Shown: in pieces, positions 21,001 through 24,429 of the stretch
Layout: every line of letters starts with the position of its first letter
Position numbering within the stretch: position 1 is the stretch's first letter
From: a virus
Taxonomy: Duplodnaviria; Caudoviricetes
Strand: one strand, 5' to 3'
Virus record (IMG/VR): IMGVR_UViG_3300031994_000045
Location: 1-64,000 of that record
Length of the DNA stretch: 64,000 nt
Position numbers and translations under genes: made by a program
Notes under the pieces: model-generated
Databases searched by the model: none
Told to the model about the DNA's origin: nothing
What the model saw: only the letters and a program-made list of their open reading frames with translations

Positions 21001-22286
21001 AACGAGGTGCGGCGCCGAAGCTCCGACTTCGCGGCGTTCTGCGTGGCGTATGCCGAGAACTGCTGGGACGTCCAGTCCTTCACCGCCTCCGCCCCGAGGT
21101 TCTTCTCGGCAAGCTCCCGGCCGACCGACTCGTACGCGCGGGTCTTGCCGACCTCGCGGGCGGCCTGGGCGACCTCGCGGACGGACTTGCCCGTCGCCTT
21201 GGCCGCGAAATCGACGGCGGCGGACCTCTCCGCCTTCTTGTAGCCTTCCGTGAACAGCCGTCCGGCGAGCCCTTCCATCATCGGGTTCGCCACGGATTTG
21301 GCCGCCAGTTTCCGAACCGCCCCCTTCACGCCCTTCGTGAGCAGCTTCGACAGCAGCCGGCCGCCCCCGAACACGAACCCGCCGACCGCGCCTATCGCCC
21401 CGCCGACGGCGGCTCCGATGCCCGTGCCTATGCCGGGGCCCAGAAGCGTGCCGATGGCGCCGCCGACCATCATGCCGGCCTTGGCGGCCATCGCCGTCAT
21501 CGCGCTCGCCCCGGCCACTTCCACGACGAACGGGACGGACGAGCGGATGGTCGATCCGATCTGGTACGAGGTGCTCCTGCGCGACTCGAGCTCCTGCTGG
21601 AGCATGAACCGGCGGACCGCGATCGCCTCCCGGTTCGTGACAGGCTCGCCGTCCTGCATCTTCCGCATGGCCTTCGAGATGGAAATGCTTTCGGACACGG
21701 TGGAACCCATGTCCATCATCCACCCGAGCCACGGGACGTTCCCCAGGTTGAAATCAAAAGCTCCCTTCCAGAACCCCTCCTCCTGGTAGGCTCCGGTCCG
21801 CTGGGCCTCCATGAGCTTCACGAGCTTGCGGCCCTCTTCGTCCTTGTCGAGCTCGGCGCGCGTGAACTGCCTGCCGAACACGTTGGCCGCCTCCACGTAC
21901 GACGTGCCCTTTCCGAGCTTGGCCCCGCGTTCTCCCCGCGGGTCGTAGTCCAGGTCGTAGAACCCGACCGTCGCCTGGAACGGGCGGGCCTCGTCCGACG
22001 TCCCCTCCGCCCACTTCACGCCGATCCTGTGCAGCGCGCCGGACCGAAAACTCGGATTCGCCTGCTCCTTCGGCTCGGAAAACTCGGAGTCGGGCGACCC
22101 AAGCAGGCCAAGGTCGCCGGTCAACGGGGAGAACGGGTCCGCGTGCTCGACGTCGCCGACCACCGGCTGCCGGACGGCAGGCCGGGCCTGCGGGGCCAGC
22201 GGGGAAAACGTCGTCTGTTCCTGTTCGTCGTCGAACGGGTCGGCAAATCCGTCTACCCGCGGGCGAAGGGGCTCGAATGTAGGCAT
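1..22286 (-). CDS. Giant virion (ejection) polyprotein, >7,400 aa, containing a two-barrel (DPBB) RNA polymerase and zincin-like domains; 3'-partial
   Basis: ATG at 22286 with AAGGAG RBS and an upstream promoter. The track lists no minus-strand ORF in this frame between 1 and 22286, implying no stop codon. The long plus-strand ORFs (165, 873, 1785, 4986, 6705, 17334, 19728) all sit in its mirror frame. Spot translations are protein-like throughout (MPTFEPLRPR...). Motifs: FFAGDRRPSGN (11664-11693), QGSDTDGDS (11520-11546), TLFHEYFH (7566-7589), FHEVLGH (486-506). Confidence 0.9.
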   Translation of the reverse strand, partial: MPTFEPLRPRVDGFADPFDDEQEQTTFSPLAPQARPAVRQPVVGDVEHADPFSPLTGDLGLLGSPDSEFSEPKEQANPSFRSGALHRIGVKWAEGTSDEARPFQATVGFYDLDYDPRGERGAKLGKGTSYVEAANVFGRQFTRAELDKDEEGRKLVKLMEAQRTGAYQEEGFWKGAFDFNLGNVPWLGWMMDMGSTVSESISISKAMRKMQDGEPVTNREAIAVRRFMLQQELESRRSTSYQIGSTIRSSVPFVVEVAGASAMTAMAAKAGMMVGGAIGTLLGPGIGTGIGAAVGGAIGAVGGFVFGGGRLLSKLLTKGVKGAVRKLAAKSVANPMMEGLAGRLFTEGYKKAERSAAVDFAAKATGKSVREVAQAAREVGKTRAYESVGRELAEKNLGAEAVKDWTSQQFSAYATQNAAKSELRRRTSFEATRWTAESFKDVADLTMDARLAKIFLVNGDAANMVEQGWVQSLERAALAKVYGTVPDRAKDGFWKGFANYWADRAAVRKGLDKLTGEEINNLKASYLTATMNKALGRPSAVTAVTGSISESLGGQAVSRGYASDVAEHLVNNATRSFMLKYKGTGFVNGAQRVARWVGDGILDGMLRWDTSIYHGAGTIMRSGTVLGGKMAAFKEALKASFVEAPVRGAMQFGMQVPLWPVVSAATGNGPGDFVVRGQLGIQSTALQTGDREMMDHARAIAIGSGLVEYISESSGRGFNILAEGVAAPTLKNAPFLAATREVGSYMSRKLEAVFGTKKMMEAANRTRLTQAVADYLGKRSARLVETGGASAALPTMSKTQVGQIVAGAKGVGNIKEVLSRLGLKSEKDLVKAAMVDQLKLTKMRAGLTYFVAHNMLEKGWTPQKMASWLQRVGYDGVLAEMAEERYGGFFQGLMGLDDSPSDSTARDRWAAAMHGLLPDPHQLLVEAVSFSFPAVTQLTMNSLYSRLGAGVVSETLDDAKLIAENQNTEPTVTLTAGSEGAAKALSDYNAGAQALYEKATVGEGGEEKAWADVLGHPESRPGRAVEVDGEVVEDTRAPTRAQAVKAALADKSFVPNDKNKDISDAKISDGEMETLLREKAQRIIDLSNTEADLEKQLADHQAEALFGKEGVEAIKRLKRKDPGYMDAAKRKALADGSEYAEFVRRGPDLKLTDDADAGTVASEITAALPFVSNDAALTAEVRERLSVREGVQVNQFSSDYAGETAEAMGRLGKKWLDFKYKLGQSHWWGRRALMRVTGILDAITTGRLELAARNPVQWAIEEAQLPRQLMGEVGQLYERSVQAGRDRYLQRMVGDGKMTAEDAEALRRRSLGDVSGDILEEFKKEGEEEYRTTLREYAQTFLAARNVLAVSKGDVNEAALRVVAHKHREESGGKVVYRFGTETTEDFRDEKFRAAVAGKEMAAAKAEIVKGLARIAASDAVAMNTHSRFGNVNTTSIAFSYDRAMRYGNTPEVVAAIRAMPAFRNMRAVYDVSNGGHVKDAALARTVDVGELLRLDPSGQLAPGDLRRVMFAMGRYYGEFTEAQNQQAAAQYLTQLRLAVENSEPMAFEYADGTTAEVTTSYGRDKDGNRTVTLTANGVSVTGSTVLEATRMLEEVPVPKPDGTYSDVTQVGPDGVATVRRGVVARWREFAVLQNDSISSKDATSLVLLLHGTREKARAAYEAFYGVDREKGIEVDEFLYPPQLRRVDGDWQQDDDEATARALAAELAADDADTRRYVRGTGKEGDPFSVGYERAAELMLERFGITRSKQDAAATDTYRGEASYSIRPNGIAFGDTVYLQSDYYSGGDSEMMLRSAFSRAIYDAATKPGKAFDDPSAFVGILWEMDKAFTRAADEAIAELEESNPEMAQRVRDAMASLPSSPGRVNPSRMGAIAAAIAVFSDERGLNEYGNGFLFGPELAYVADRARRSPWVPLFISALDESLGGRGFFAEDAAGPDGTIRLDGLGRFLDAFAPSGPDLMASRASAMFTNGGEGARKTGIVFQWYGVPGDMSAAGLASGVPPVIDDTTVTNFTDVAERSVRLLVGAVGGKCKAFADAYRKAGGTISSAEMYRVLKHALDSGGDAGDEAPSIGSGFGGVSSETDKKVVRPQAADVVPDDVAFAAGRNLQFLSPGLMSAPPGGAGGRELALKSRFAVLRFLFERGCYKANADRIWSMFVDAAGAEEPAGAGNAEEREDDEEWASLAETISDGSGNQDIFFDAKRANAAIENKDLMDLGRQWSYVFPSEGGAFTQVLARMSAEIPRIVRSEREAADRLAAEAERLKGTDAPAKAIAELEAERSARLSRADALEPLAMLFNVFRSMREGMAAGRISDATGVWNDSSRVSAELKTTGAVLSRAVSALHAAGHDELAFVLNGVRNIPPTGKRRAQALALIGTMAPLDVNRVTVADYDGVGALETFGSAGLASVSSVRASVAHAMSRLFPSGSTSSQMSDTMSALDNLLLSTGSAKWFEKKKAGTPLRTKTIAELERILAPANEGAEIGAAFEKAPGDDKTLVAFANALVRRMAAVADALDYVIGPGNELAYALRSPDLLGGIVRSVRNAKDGAAMERVADDLLKLFRSCAASAELKSRCVLLSSAVLNPTIAAIQRATWTKGRTPTFSKEGEKKKQYDDIVSAGLSVGDLLGALSDDVIARLFARGNPQPQAAPRYQWFKNPMTGGAVSSYFDSVFKLYAASAPRSVERMSGTRQESIEDSSQVTATPASPPVMMMSIEDRLLAPLGVLDGYLQRGGRFEDGTRLVAVTAGARLENNRLVDKQHLSVIVANANISRFVRGDTRTGYFELYHGEKPTVYSVCLPHDVMQAVLDGIHAGADWAMNKVTRKMVEDGVLPRSVDDGTKLGTSADRDALYRAIYAVVASAARCDQIDPKRVQVLLAQGVPFSTYRDRMRKTVDGKVEEVDAAVTAMDGKTRVTPGLYCDILVSGNDAGENLGMYLNHGFLIESQRAQATNPRAVSFKNHVLGATFFKGQGHDFGLGMYETDPVPASGALAEACRVQRRRLEEVLGIKAGTLDLPAPDAPLSDEDKAYRESALKLVEAFFQSSTTFCTDMETVKTGSVSDKCGFFAKSGKPFTVKAGGKELTFGFEKDASGNVVRFDVRVDGETKSLLGGSHVVPAFKNSAASVTTMLPVIAKVLGKSELSAEDVGSIEAEWTLPTGEVTETKPLSESGLFQDYGTEDGDKLSVVASESGGFRVRYFTRTMSGQVMANSDASARPSLEHPAATNWTRDVVANSGRLRKMVPEQADFTWYATKAINVSRAVPYLLLRAQPGFFDELLKTDPDLYAAYRAHPNSQDVQERVVRRMNTVYAGAMKPYVNSMHAVLMGSGIKASEVTRNPDGTYSVKYSYSAGVTEYDKDCFRDARVLSAAEKAAFGVGRSYSSGQVNVLDPSFRYGWHLAENADLSEIRAAVDGSRKWSDAYRANLERLEQAYGPADEDMETVAYLAAYIEAFDRMRNRKVKAAMAKTLGAAFTDYTGKTLNENPSCDLMKVSFSDLFLGKRYGGDRFDLAAFEFRGDAQKKMDKNGARTIYLGGAFFAGDRRPSGNFESAGGLIRVQAPVLFDRASGQVDEHALYILPPLMNSSQGSDTDGDSTTGTVMSGKGLDRHDREILDQIHATIAARLKDAGADDLERFLGAEDTVNLLRTRFPQYFETETTEDGLEIVKPSRRFRELIGNVLLQEEIDNYRLMPNETQDEFGARDVNAMAGDRTIPDYGLAGRSPVGTKVVSGDVEMKSGGQAAALAAQVLGVDESEVAGEKYYDVFQRCIDKLSSHTMPTLDLLDPRVAAYLSGCAADANRARGVAVSLQAALEHLAGYADTDSYVRGLAPALYEERDGYRPIEDFIGHLDKISNALFDVVKDLFAPRAGWQAGLLNCLTARLLSDANEEYKAWRDAPKRSGTGPRWDDKWFFVKLVGFARDLHASDTTLPSLIAKANAFFDHSTRDTFLPGHERKTLLGMYNTMVLTKGGCIAKQAFKDVLLVKDGRLDIGEGQYGRYSKPVPSMPSLSKELSWFDAANDSMRPARGDMVPTCIDRLMKRIARALRMTEADFIDAEAREEAYNFGWRPASEIFGEETALAIADVLEGKNEGRPAGVDQATRVAVGLRFLSSADIGSALAAAKKDLSMFQALNDLLEAEDGLSPDTALRMGGSRATGLLGKMDRAIEGGAATGDAMSVAYLASALRLEDIAAGRNPLASDRSVRGDADFAEATEDPSDWAWYLGRTGQRPMSVADSDGNPANDEAVLFAVAREFAADYADLGTIQANRLNLSHLLGCVRAGVVKFGDAPYRKLVEDKYPSFAKALKGLVESALNKGTAAGMSQNVVDMLTMLRTDTRDITETDPETGEEVKVGEHNEVSLVLRASADAAKVLRAGYNELAARKDVVCSHGGTTFTGAELAACIQLSMCANEEFDPARDSNARGNVSAMFGSRVDEWERWGAAVTQNPVLRQLCMVPRGAAGYNLFARRSAYADLDLRLARRVAALSGMPDVTREDLDHPATQRLVTPFSVLHYIARAEYTSPHAIHRDTSVRDGRFAPGGPGRRRIVSAYMEGESHKLRPQTSIKGVRFRGPSGEFFTIEEAVNDFVSEKLAAFAADKKMAAWLADPRNETKAFSWDLTEFGRRARGMRTGRYGESTVAATPAGGHGAQARKRELLNYGLAIDEVLERAWTDYGSQFSEWAQSAAFDGGDALSRISSPLMRDKLEDFVRTHAATALDVPSIRSGVADPSFAATRLRRTGLFSFLEGKHPEDKDRFFANPEANIRAALERVFGDWSKETGCKVERVVGGNGVPSNLLRITRKVKVEENGQAETKEVVTYVSYGDFLAMKANNANYNQAILNAVNDGAGQKMTMEQLLSLTEEERVAMANAAGLRVKGTSAKAEKYLGTRALMALSGVIRLSDVSSYHTLFHEYFHQMLDFYRKTGVCTAEDEAALLKKYRTADGRFDEEAAADAFADYVTGDKARTVRGKLLAAGVGDPERTFEKFRRTAQAYLSCALAYDARGVPVFMKMMISADFSSRDAKEVLDFDAGQEKKLEKLLLGEKVDFGAPDRWERMEGEIGADGTDLAGLVAEFRAGACGFDEVKAAASKFVRDGRKPENRTTFDAVMGDMLGRKEEPPVPPAEEPSGPTLAQRISDPSVPVGDRVSLLFREALERVGSPAGGELAGIAEAVAKFRDKADVGEADGPDFELMAYTAHRLLGHVCDLLGLDVWDYAEDGTKSLNDLGRQLMSDEKIAGFVVRLVHEYSVRRKAENEYGTPEDVPSSPAQFASADYVMGNMLAGVLPSEWTKFCRGRAEASRDWFMKAAEDLEARAKAARARFPDGDVPADVESDAKRFELQAEACRHRARDVVRFVTAVMNGEPLKRMIPSFWGLSDRRGWTEEQAASNYFGYILQYMTGAATMHRNADGSVRYEPGKAFGFSNGTLDFSSRFVQDAIDAAAKALGVAQVVRRFVRENGMDQPAPGEDATIPTREAPTQEVPLAVPPAEGVLEPDLTPQLILQLPGSWQASDLQKQFYGGSFRDMMTDVSLNAATEETNRVANMIDFYLAANCMPGESPNQIEEGTSDLGFGEGGQEGLFTVEERHRHSVKKVAGVRGILLGLVNFAAKTAGRAMTKEDVNLVHFVSQTVACMANGHGVYTGYDIPYVDRRILKSVLEAAGEAEGDMASATAEGHAYSPDAVFNRLYGHVASAGRPSNLDQLLNRMLEGIPWSVLGWDAKRKAFRADGIYVQILNAFHDVGRTRTAGVSIGDADFHQRVTKILKEAGLADESPATHRVVLVVPASEVKRAWESEDSYRTELIRNGGRRAELLDMDYLAEVVAAEANRLNRIAGRSRWLSESDAGRALSGRAQGLWFEAGTGHHQAIVDKLKNARELFRGEISTDEYLRNKFAALQDTLKSHSKEVTHRYYVRNADGRMEQREEREILGNLRAFERGSDGQLANISNRQLMYLGRVLGLGRRVADVEGFLKQILAGQYTKANTSSIYGFDIRPDMTVFEFDRLVFDIITAHVVTEAQHPGDPGHTPLTMAYDEGGCGYGGQDLVDVYHLHGQLQQKIMDDQEADMAVRGRICSMSEQDMFRTQGRLGSSKSATERLRSMAESITHAERFRGCLAQMLTTVGTDGAPNFVVKPSEDSQGLFPDEFWQATARFVLDRLRSVEGMVKYDAGKSGFANMQTIATAAGALAKAKSKDDARARYHLLPPDEIGARGLFDEIWCADDSASDDVNILTKFASERIMRPNGSEAEGYLRQLFGSVQAPTVWAGHRVLDRAVSYSKAASVGLSAFFAFATRFESPVAACGFWNTAMGYRKNTAELARRLAGTKVGEFLGFRKNLPYLADFLNSITSDDPSIRYMRELCDMINMPLTDSVMNPLTNRQGAIDADIDRISRWLAAEGHTKMAKEVRSAMKAAFHNPGEYAFSNVLNGVKMAVVAQTMFRLREECEKAGRPFDPVRELRRHSAYINAEIGGIQPERYAFLTPGMQQLLRLGMFSYQWTLGAWVAGTGEVVTDLLFGGHHTTEASRKRAFIRWLRMLGIIKIGVPVFLQLGIKALATALVKSGAVGDPDDKDDKDPLGIDDMPWLCFFNESKVGSLAFDVTPITRLLGRTDGSAAWGTGAAGAAIGALAARGPWWMRLAGAAAGAAAGAAAGQGSTLVDIKNKRGAWPFVTTVLGTVAGAAVTRKWWGTLAGGFAGRNIGALIPASEGVGRDANTTGLRRQYMHFGKQNDEFWRWFTDGWSQAMSKTSIPLQKTIEGIWGTVSGQSFGKKFEDLTLAERVFTMRLDPDVNALTNFLTGFLPFSAASVAGHPDTGFLGMMGPVNQGTSKTRSQKEIKKILLDFVRDSRHNDAWSFPSNKAKLARLCTLVMKEARMNGLDPDEILSSALGQVTSQEYIRLFDALPRTARDTVNARAAKAALRSLYRLNRKRSDILQSIKKKYKDANVDWSQQKNAKVRAAVKDFLGKTREDPWLSDELTEDLFERHFADETYRPLRSVDVQQDRKGGEAFSNFLATDDVPDVLFGIPVVSSGHTEEDLEFFRRNPKAAGFYDLGDEEPPPEEPPPEEPPPEEPPPEEPPVQAANKGGDSPKKAKYLRAIDNMRKLKIANETDRAAGIRAVAEAHKALHPRDDLFATYPGTGQYKHPDDVALLSHVLADPKSAASVDDMMAYFYGDDADKIQKSVVAKRLAAGGRDKSGKTGRNVSNVFGTFKKGSAGNYVFDMMNPLKQVFTERDPVVRGSDADSVIARARGRKKDRAAHWTSGVTYLPSSQLDAAFHEVLGHGFNLIQRQTGQPIDPQEEKIPGSEDTWSKRGLYYAANDAEMAAELGNLRKTMYKHFATDIGTPAGFNAMYDDFVANPGKYDTPIISGRSRELLNAIRYFREYEPERHPEDSQATRDAILERKRQIEEVLSDESLLGQVADAGTGDARAARAGQSAGTAAAS
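1099..1170 (-). repeat. 15-bp tandem repeat encoding a (EEPPP)n linker in the giant protein
   Basis: GGCGGCGGCTCCTCG x4 perfect copies (1111-1170) plus one partial copy. Confidence 0.95.
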
Positions 22287-22312
22287 GCGCGTGTCTCCTT
22301 GTCGTGGGACGT

Positions 22313-22341
22313 ATTATACCACACGACCGACGCGCGGTCTA
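22313..22341 (-). promoter_or_regulatory. sigma70-type extended -10 promoter for the giant gene
   Basis: TAGACC-17 nt-TATAAT, with TGTGG immediately before the -10, 26 nt upstream of the ATG. Confidence 0.7.
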
Positions 22342-24042
22342 GCCCGCTTCCTTTGCGCGAGCGTTCGCCAAGGCCCTGGCCTCCGTCTGCGCGGCAAGTT
22401 GCGCGTTCTTCGCGGCCGCCGCCTTCCGGAGCTGCTCCGTGACCGGGGCGAGCCGCTGGCGCACCTCGGCCCAGAGCGCCGCGTCGGTCGCCTCCTGGCC
22501 GAGCCCGTCGAGGTCCGCGACCGTCTTCCGGTCGTTCAGCGTCCGCTTCACGATCCCGTAGGCCCGGGCGACGAACGGGGCGATCGCCGGGTCCTTCATG
22601 CTCATGCCGGCCTCCATCGCGATCTGCTCGATGAACGGATACGCCATCTCGCGGACCGTCCGCTCGCCCTCGGCGGTGCCCATCATGAGGGACCTCGACC
22701 ACGTGGAAAGCGCGTCGGCCTGGTCCGGGGACACGTCTCCCGAGAGGGCGAGGGCGCGCGTCGCGTCCGTGACCGTCGTGGGCTGCCCGTCCATGACCCC
22801 CGCGATGACCACGTCCGCCAGCTTCAGGAAAGTCTCGTCCGCCACGTGCGCGGACCCTGTCGAGAACGTGCGGAACGAGTTCGCGAACTCCCTGCGGAGC
22901 GTCGACACGTCCGTGAAGTCGTTCGCCCCGCGCCCGGAGTTCACGGCGGACGCGCGGTGGCGGAACAGCGCCTGCCGAAGCGAGCGCACGAGCCCGAAGT
23001 CGCGGCCGTCGTCCTCCTGCTCGGCGCGTTCCCTGGCGGTCGTGGCCGCCGCGGGGGCCCCGAACGGGTTTCCGGCGGTGTCCTCGGGGAAGCCGGGGGC
23101 CAGCGCCAGGAGGCCGCGGTCCGCCGACCTCGAGCGCATGAGGTCCGTGACCGGCGCGGACAGCATCGCGTCGTCGTTCAGGGAGCCGTTCTCCTTCAGC
23201 GCCGCGCGCATGATCGCCTCGGCCCCGACGCTCTTCACGGAGAGCCCGGCGAGGTCGAGGTCGGCGGCTATGCCGCGGCACCGGTTGAACACGTCGCGGT
23301 ACGTGGCCTGGCTGAACTGCCAGTCGTACTGGTCCTCGATCTTCCCCAGCGCCGACAGGAGGTCCGTGAAGTTGTCGCGGATGTTCTCGTAGTGCGCGGA
23401 GTCCGGGGTGACCTTGCCGGAGAAGCCGTAGTCCGTGAGGTACCCCGCCGCGAAGTTCTTCTGGAGGTTCCAGAGCTCGTTCCCCGCGGCGTCGATGCCG
23501 ATGCCGCGCGTGGCGGCGTAGCGCCGCAGCTGCTCCGCGTTCTCCTCGACGTTCCCGTATCCTCCGAACACCCGTCCGACGGCGCCGATCGCGTGCGCCG
23601 CATCCTTGCCGTTCCATCCCTTGACGGTGAGCGCGCGGTACCCGTCCCTCATGCCGTCCATGTCCGCGAACGCCATCCCGGCCGCCTGGGGGTCCTTCGT
23701 CGCGAGGCCCGTCGCGTACGCCTTCTGCGCCTTCATGAGGTTGCGCATGTGCATCTGTCCGGCCCGCATTCCGTTGTCGTCCTCCGCGCCCGCGCTCGGA
23801 AACGGGGACAGCGCGGGGTTCATCTCGAACCTCGACGCCACGCCGTCGCCGTCGTACGTGTACGGCCCCGTCGGCGTGAAGTCGTTGAGAGGGTTCCTCG
23901 TCGGCACGGGGGGCCTCGCGCCGAAGTCGGACGGCCCGGGCCTGTGCTGCGCCGAGACCACGTCGGACTGCCACACGGTGGCCTCCGAGCCCTCCGGGAT
24001 GCTGTCGAGCAGGTCTTCTGTGTACAGGTTGCCCCAAGCCAT
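22339..24042 (-). CDS. Putative internal virion/ejection protein (567 aa)
   Basis: Start reassigned to ATG 24042 (MAWGNLY...) with AAGGAGG RBS. Ala-rich and helical; lies directly upstream of the giant gene. Confidence 0.6.
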   Translation of the reverse strand: MAWGNLYTEDLLDSIPEGSEATVWQSDVVSAQHRPGPSDFGARPPVPTRNPLNDFTPTGPYTYDGDGVASRFEMNPALSPFPSAGAEDDNGMRAGQMHMRNLMKAQKAYATGLATKDPQAAGMAFADMDGMRDGYRALTVKGWNGKDAAHAIGAVGRVFGGYGNVEENAEQLRRYAATRGIGIDAAGNELWNLQKNFAAGYLTDYGFSGKVTPDSAHYENIRDNFTDLLSALGKIEDQYDWQFSQATYRDVFNRCRGIAADLDLAGLSVKSVGAEAIMRAALKENGSLNDDAMLSAPVTDLMRSRSADRGLLALAPGFPEDTAGNPFGAPAAATTARERAEQEDDGRDFGLVRSLRQALFRHRASAVNSGRGANDFTDVSTLRREFANSFRTFSTGSAHVADETFLKLADVVIAGVMDGQPTTVTDATRALALSGDVSPDQADALSTWSRSLMMGTAEGERTVREMAYPFIEQIAMEAGMSMKDPAIAPFVARAYGIVKRTLNDRKTVADLDGLGQEATDAALWAEVRQRLAPVTEQLRKAAAAKNAQLAAQTEARALANARAKEAG

Positions 24043-24044
24043 CG

Positions 24045-24428
24045 TCAGATCCTCCTTGCCCTTTCCGCCCTGCGCTCGCGCGTCTTCGCTGCGAACTCCA
24101 TCGGGTCGACGGGAGGCTTGGCCACGAGGCTCGACGCCTCGTCGACGAACGACGCGACCTCGCGGCGGAGCGCCACGTCCGCGAGCGCGCTCGCGCGCTG
24201 CCCCGGCGTCATCTCCCAGTTCCACTCGTACCCGAAGTCGATGGCGGCGTTCTCCCCCATCCCGAGGACGTCCTCGTCCACGCGGCGCTTCCACTCGTCG
24301 TCCCCGAGCGCGTCCGCCGGGTTCACGAGCTCGGCGGGAAGGGACGCCTGCCGGGCGAGCTCGTACGCGCGGTCGTCGTCCGGAAGGTCCCAGTCGCGGG
24401 AGATGTTCGGGAGCTCGTCGTCCGGCAT
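24045..24428 (-). CDS. Hypothetical acidic protein (127 aa)
   Basis: AGGAGG RBS; tightly packed between its neighbours. Confidence 0.7.
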   Translation of the reverse strand: MPDDELPNISRDWDLPDDDRAYELARQASLPAELVNPADALGDDEWKRRVDEDVLGMGENAAIDFGYEWNWEMTPGQRASALADVALRREVASFVDEASSLVAKPPVDPMEFAAKTRERRAERARRI

Positions 24429-24429
24429 G

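Noticed and set aside
1273-21732. Long Arg/Gly-rich minus-strand ORFs (1273-4944, 5140-9150, 10276-12840, 15328-17409, 17482-19563, 19663-21732)
   Set aside because: They are off-frame readings of the giant gene; the third frame gives a normal protein with recognisable motifs.
1-22286. Stop-codon recoding or frameshifting as the reason no real gene appears in the track
   Set aside because: Not needed: the frame is simply open to the window edge, and TAG, TGA and TAA all terminate well-defined genes elsewhere.
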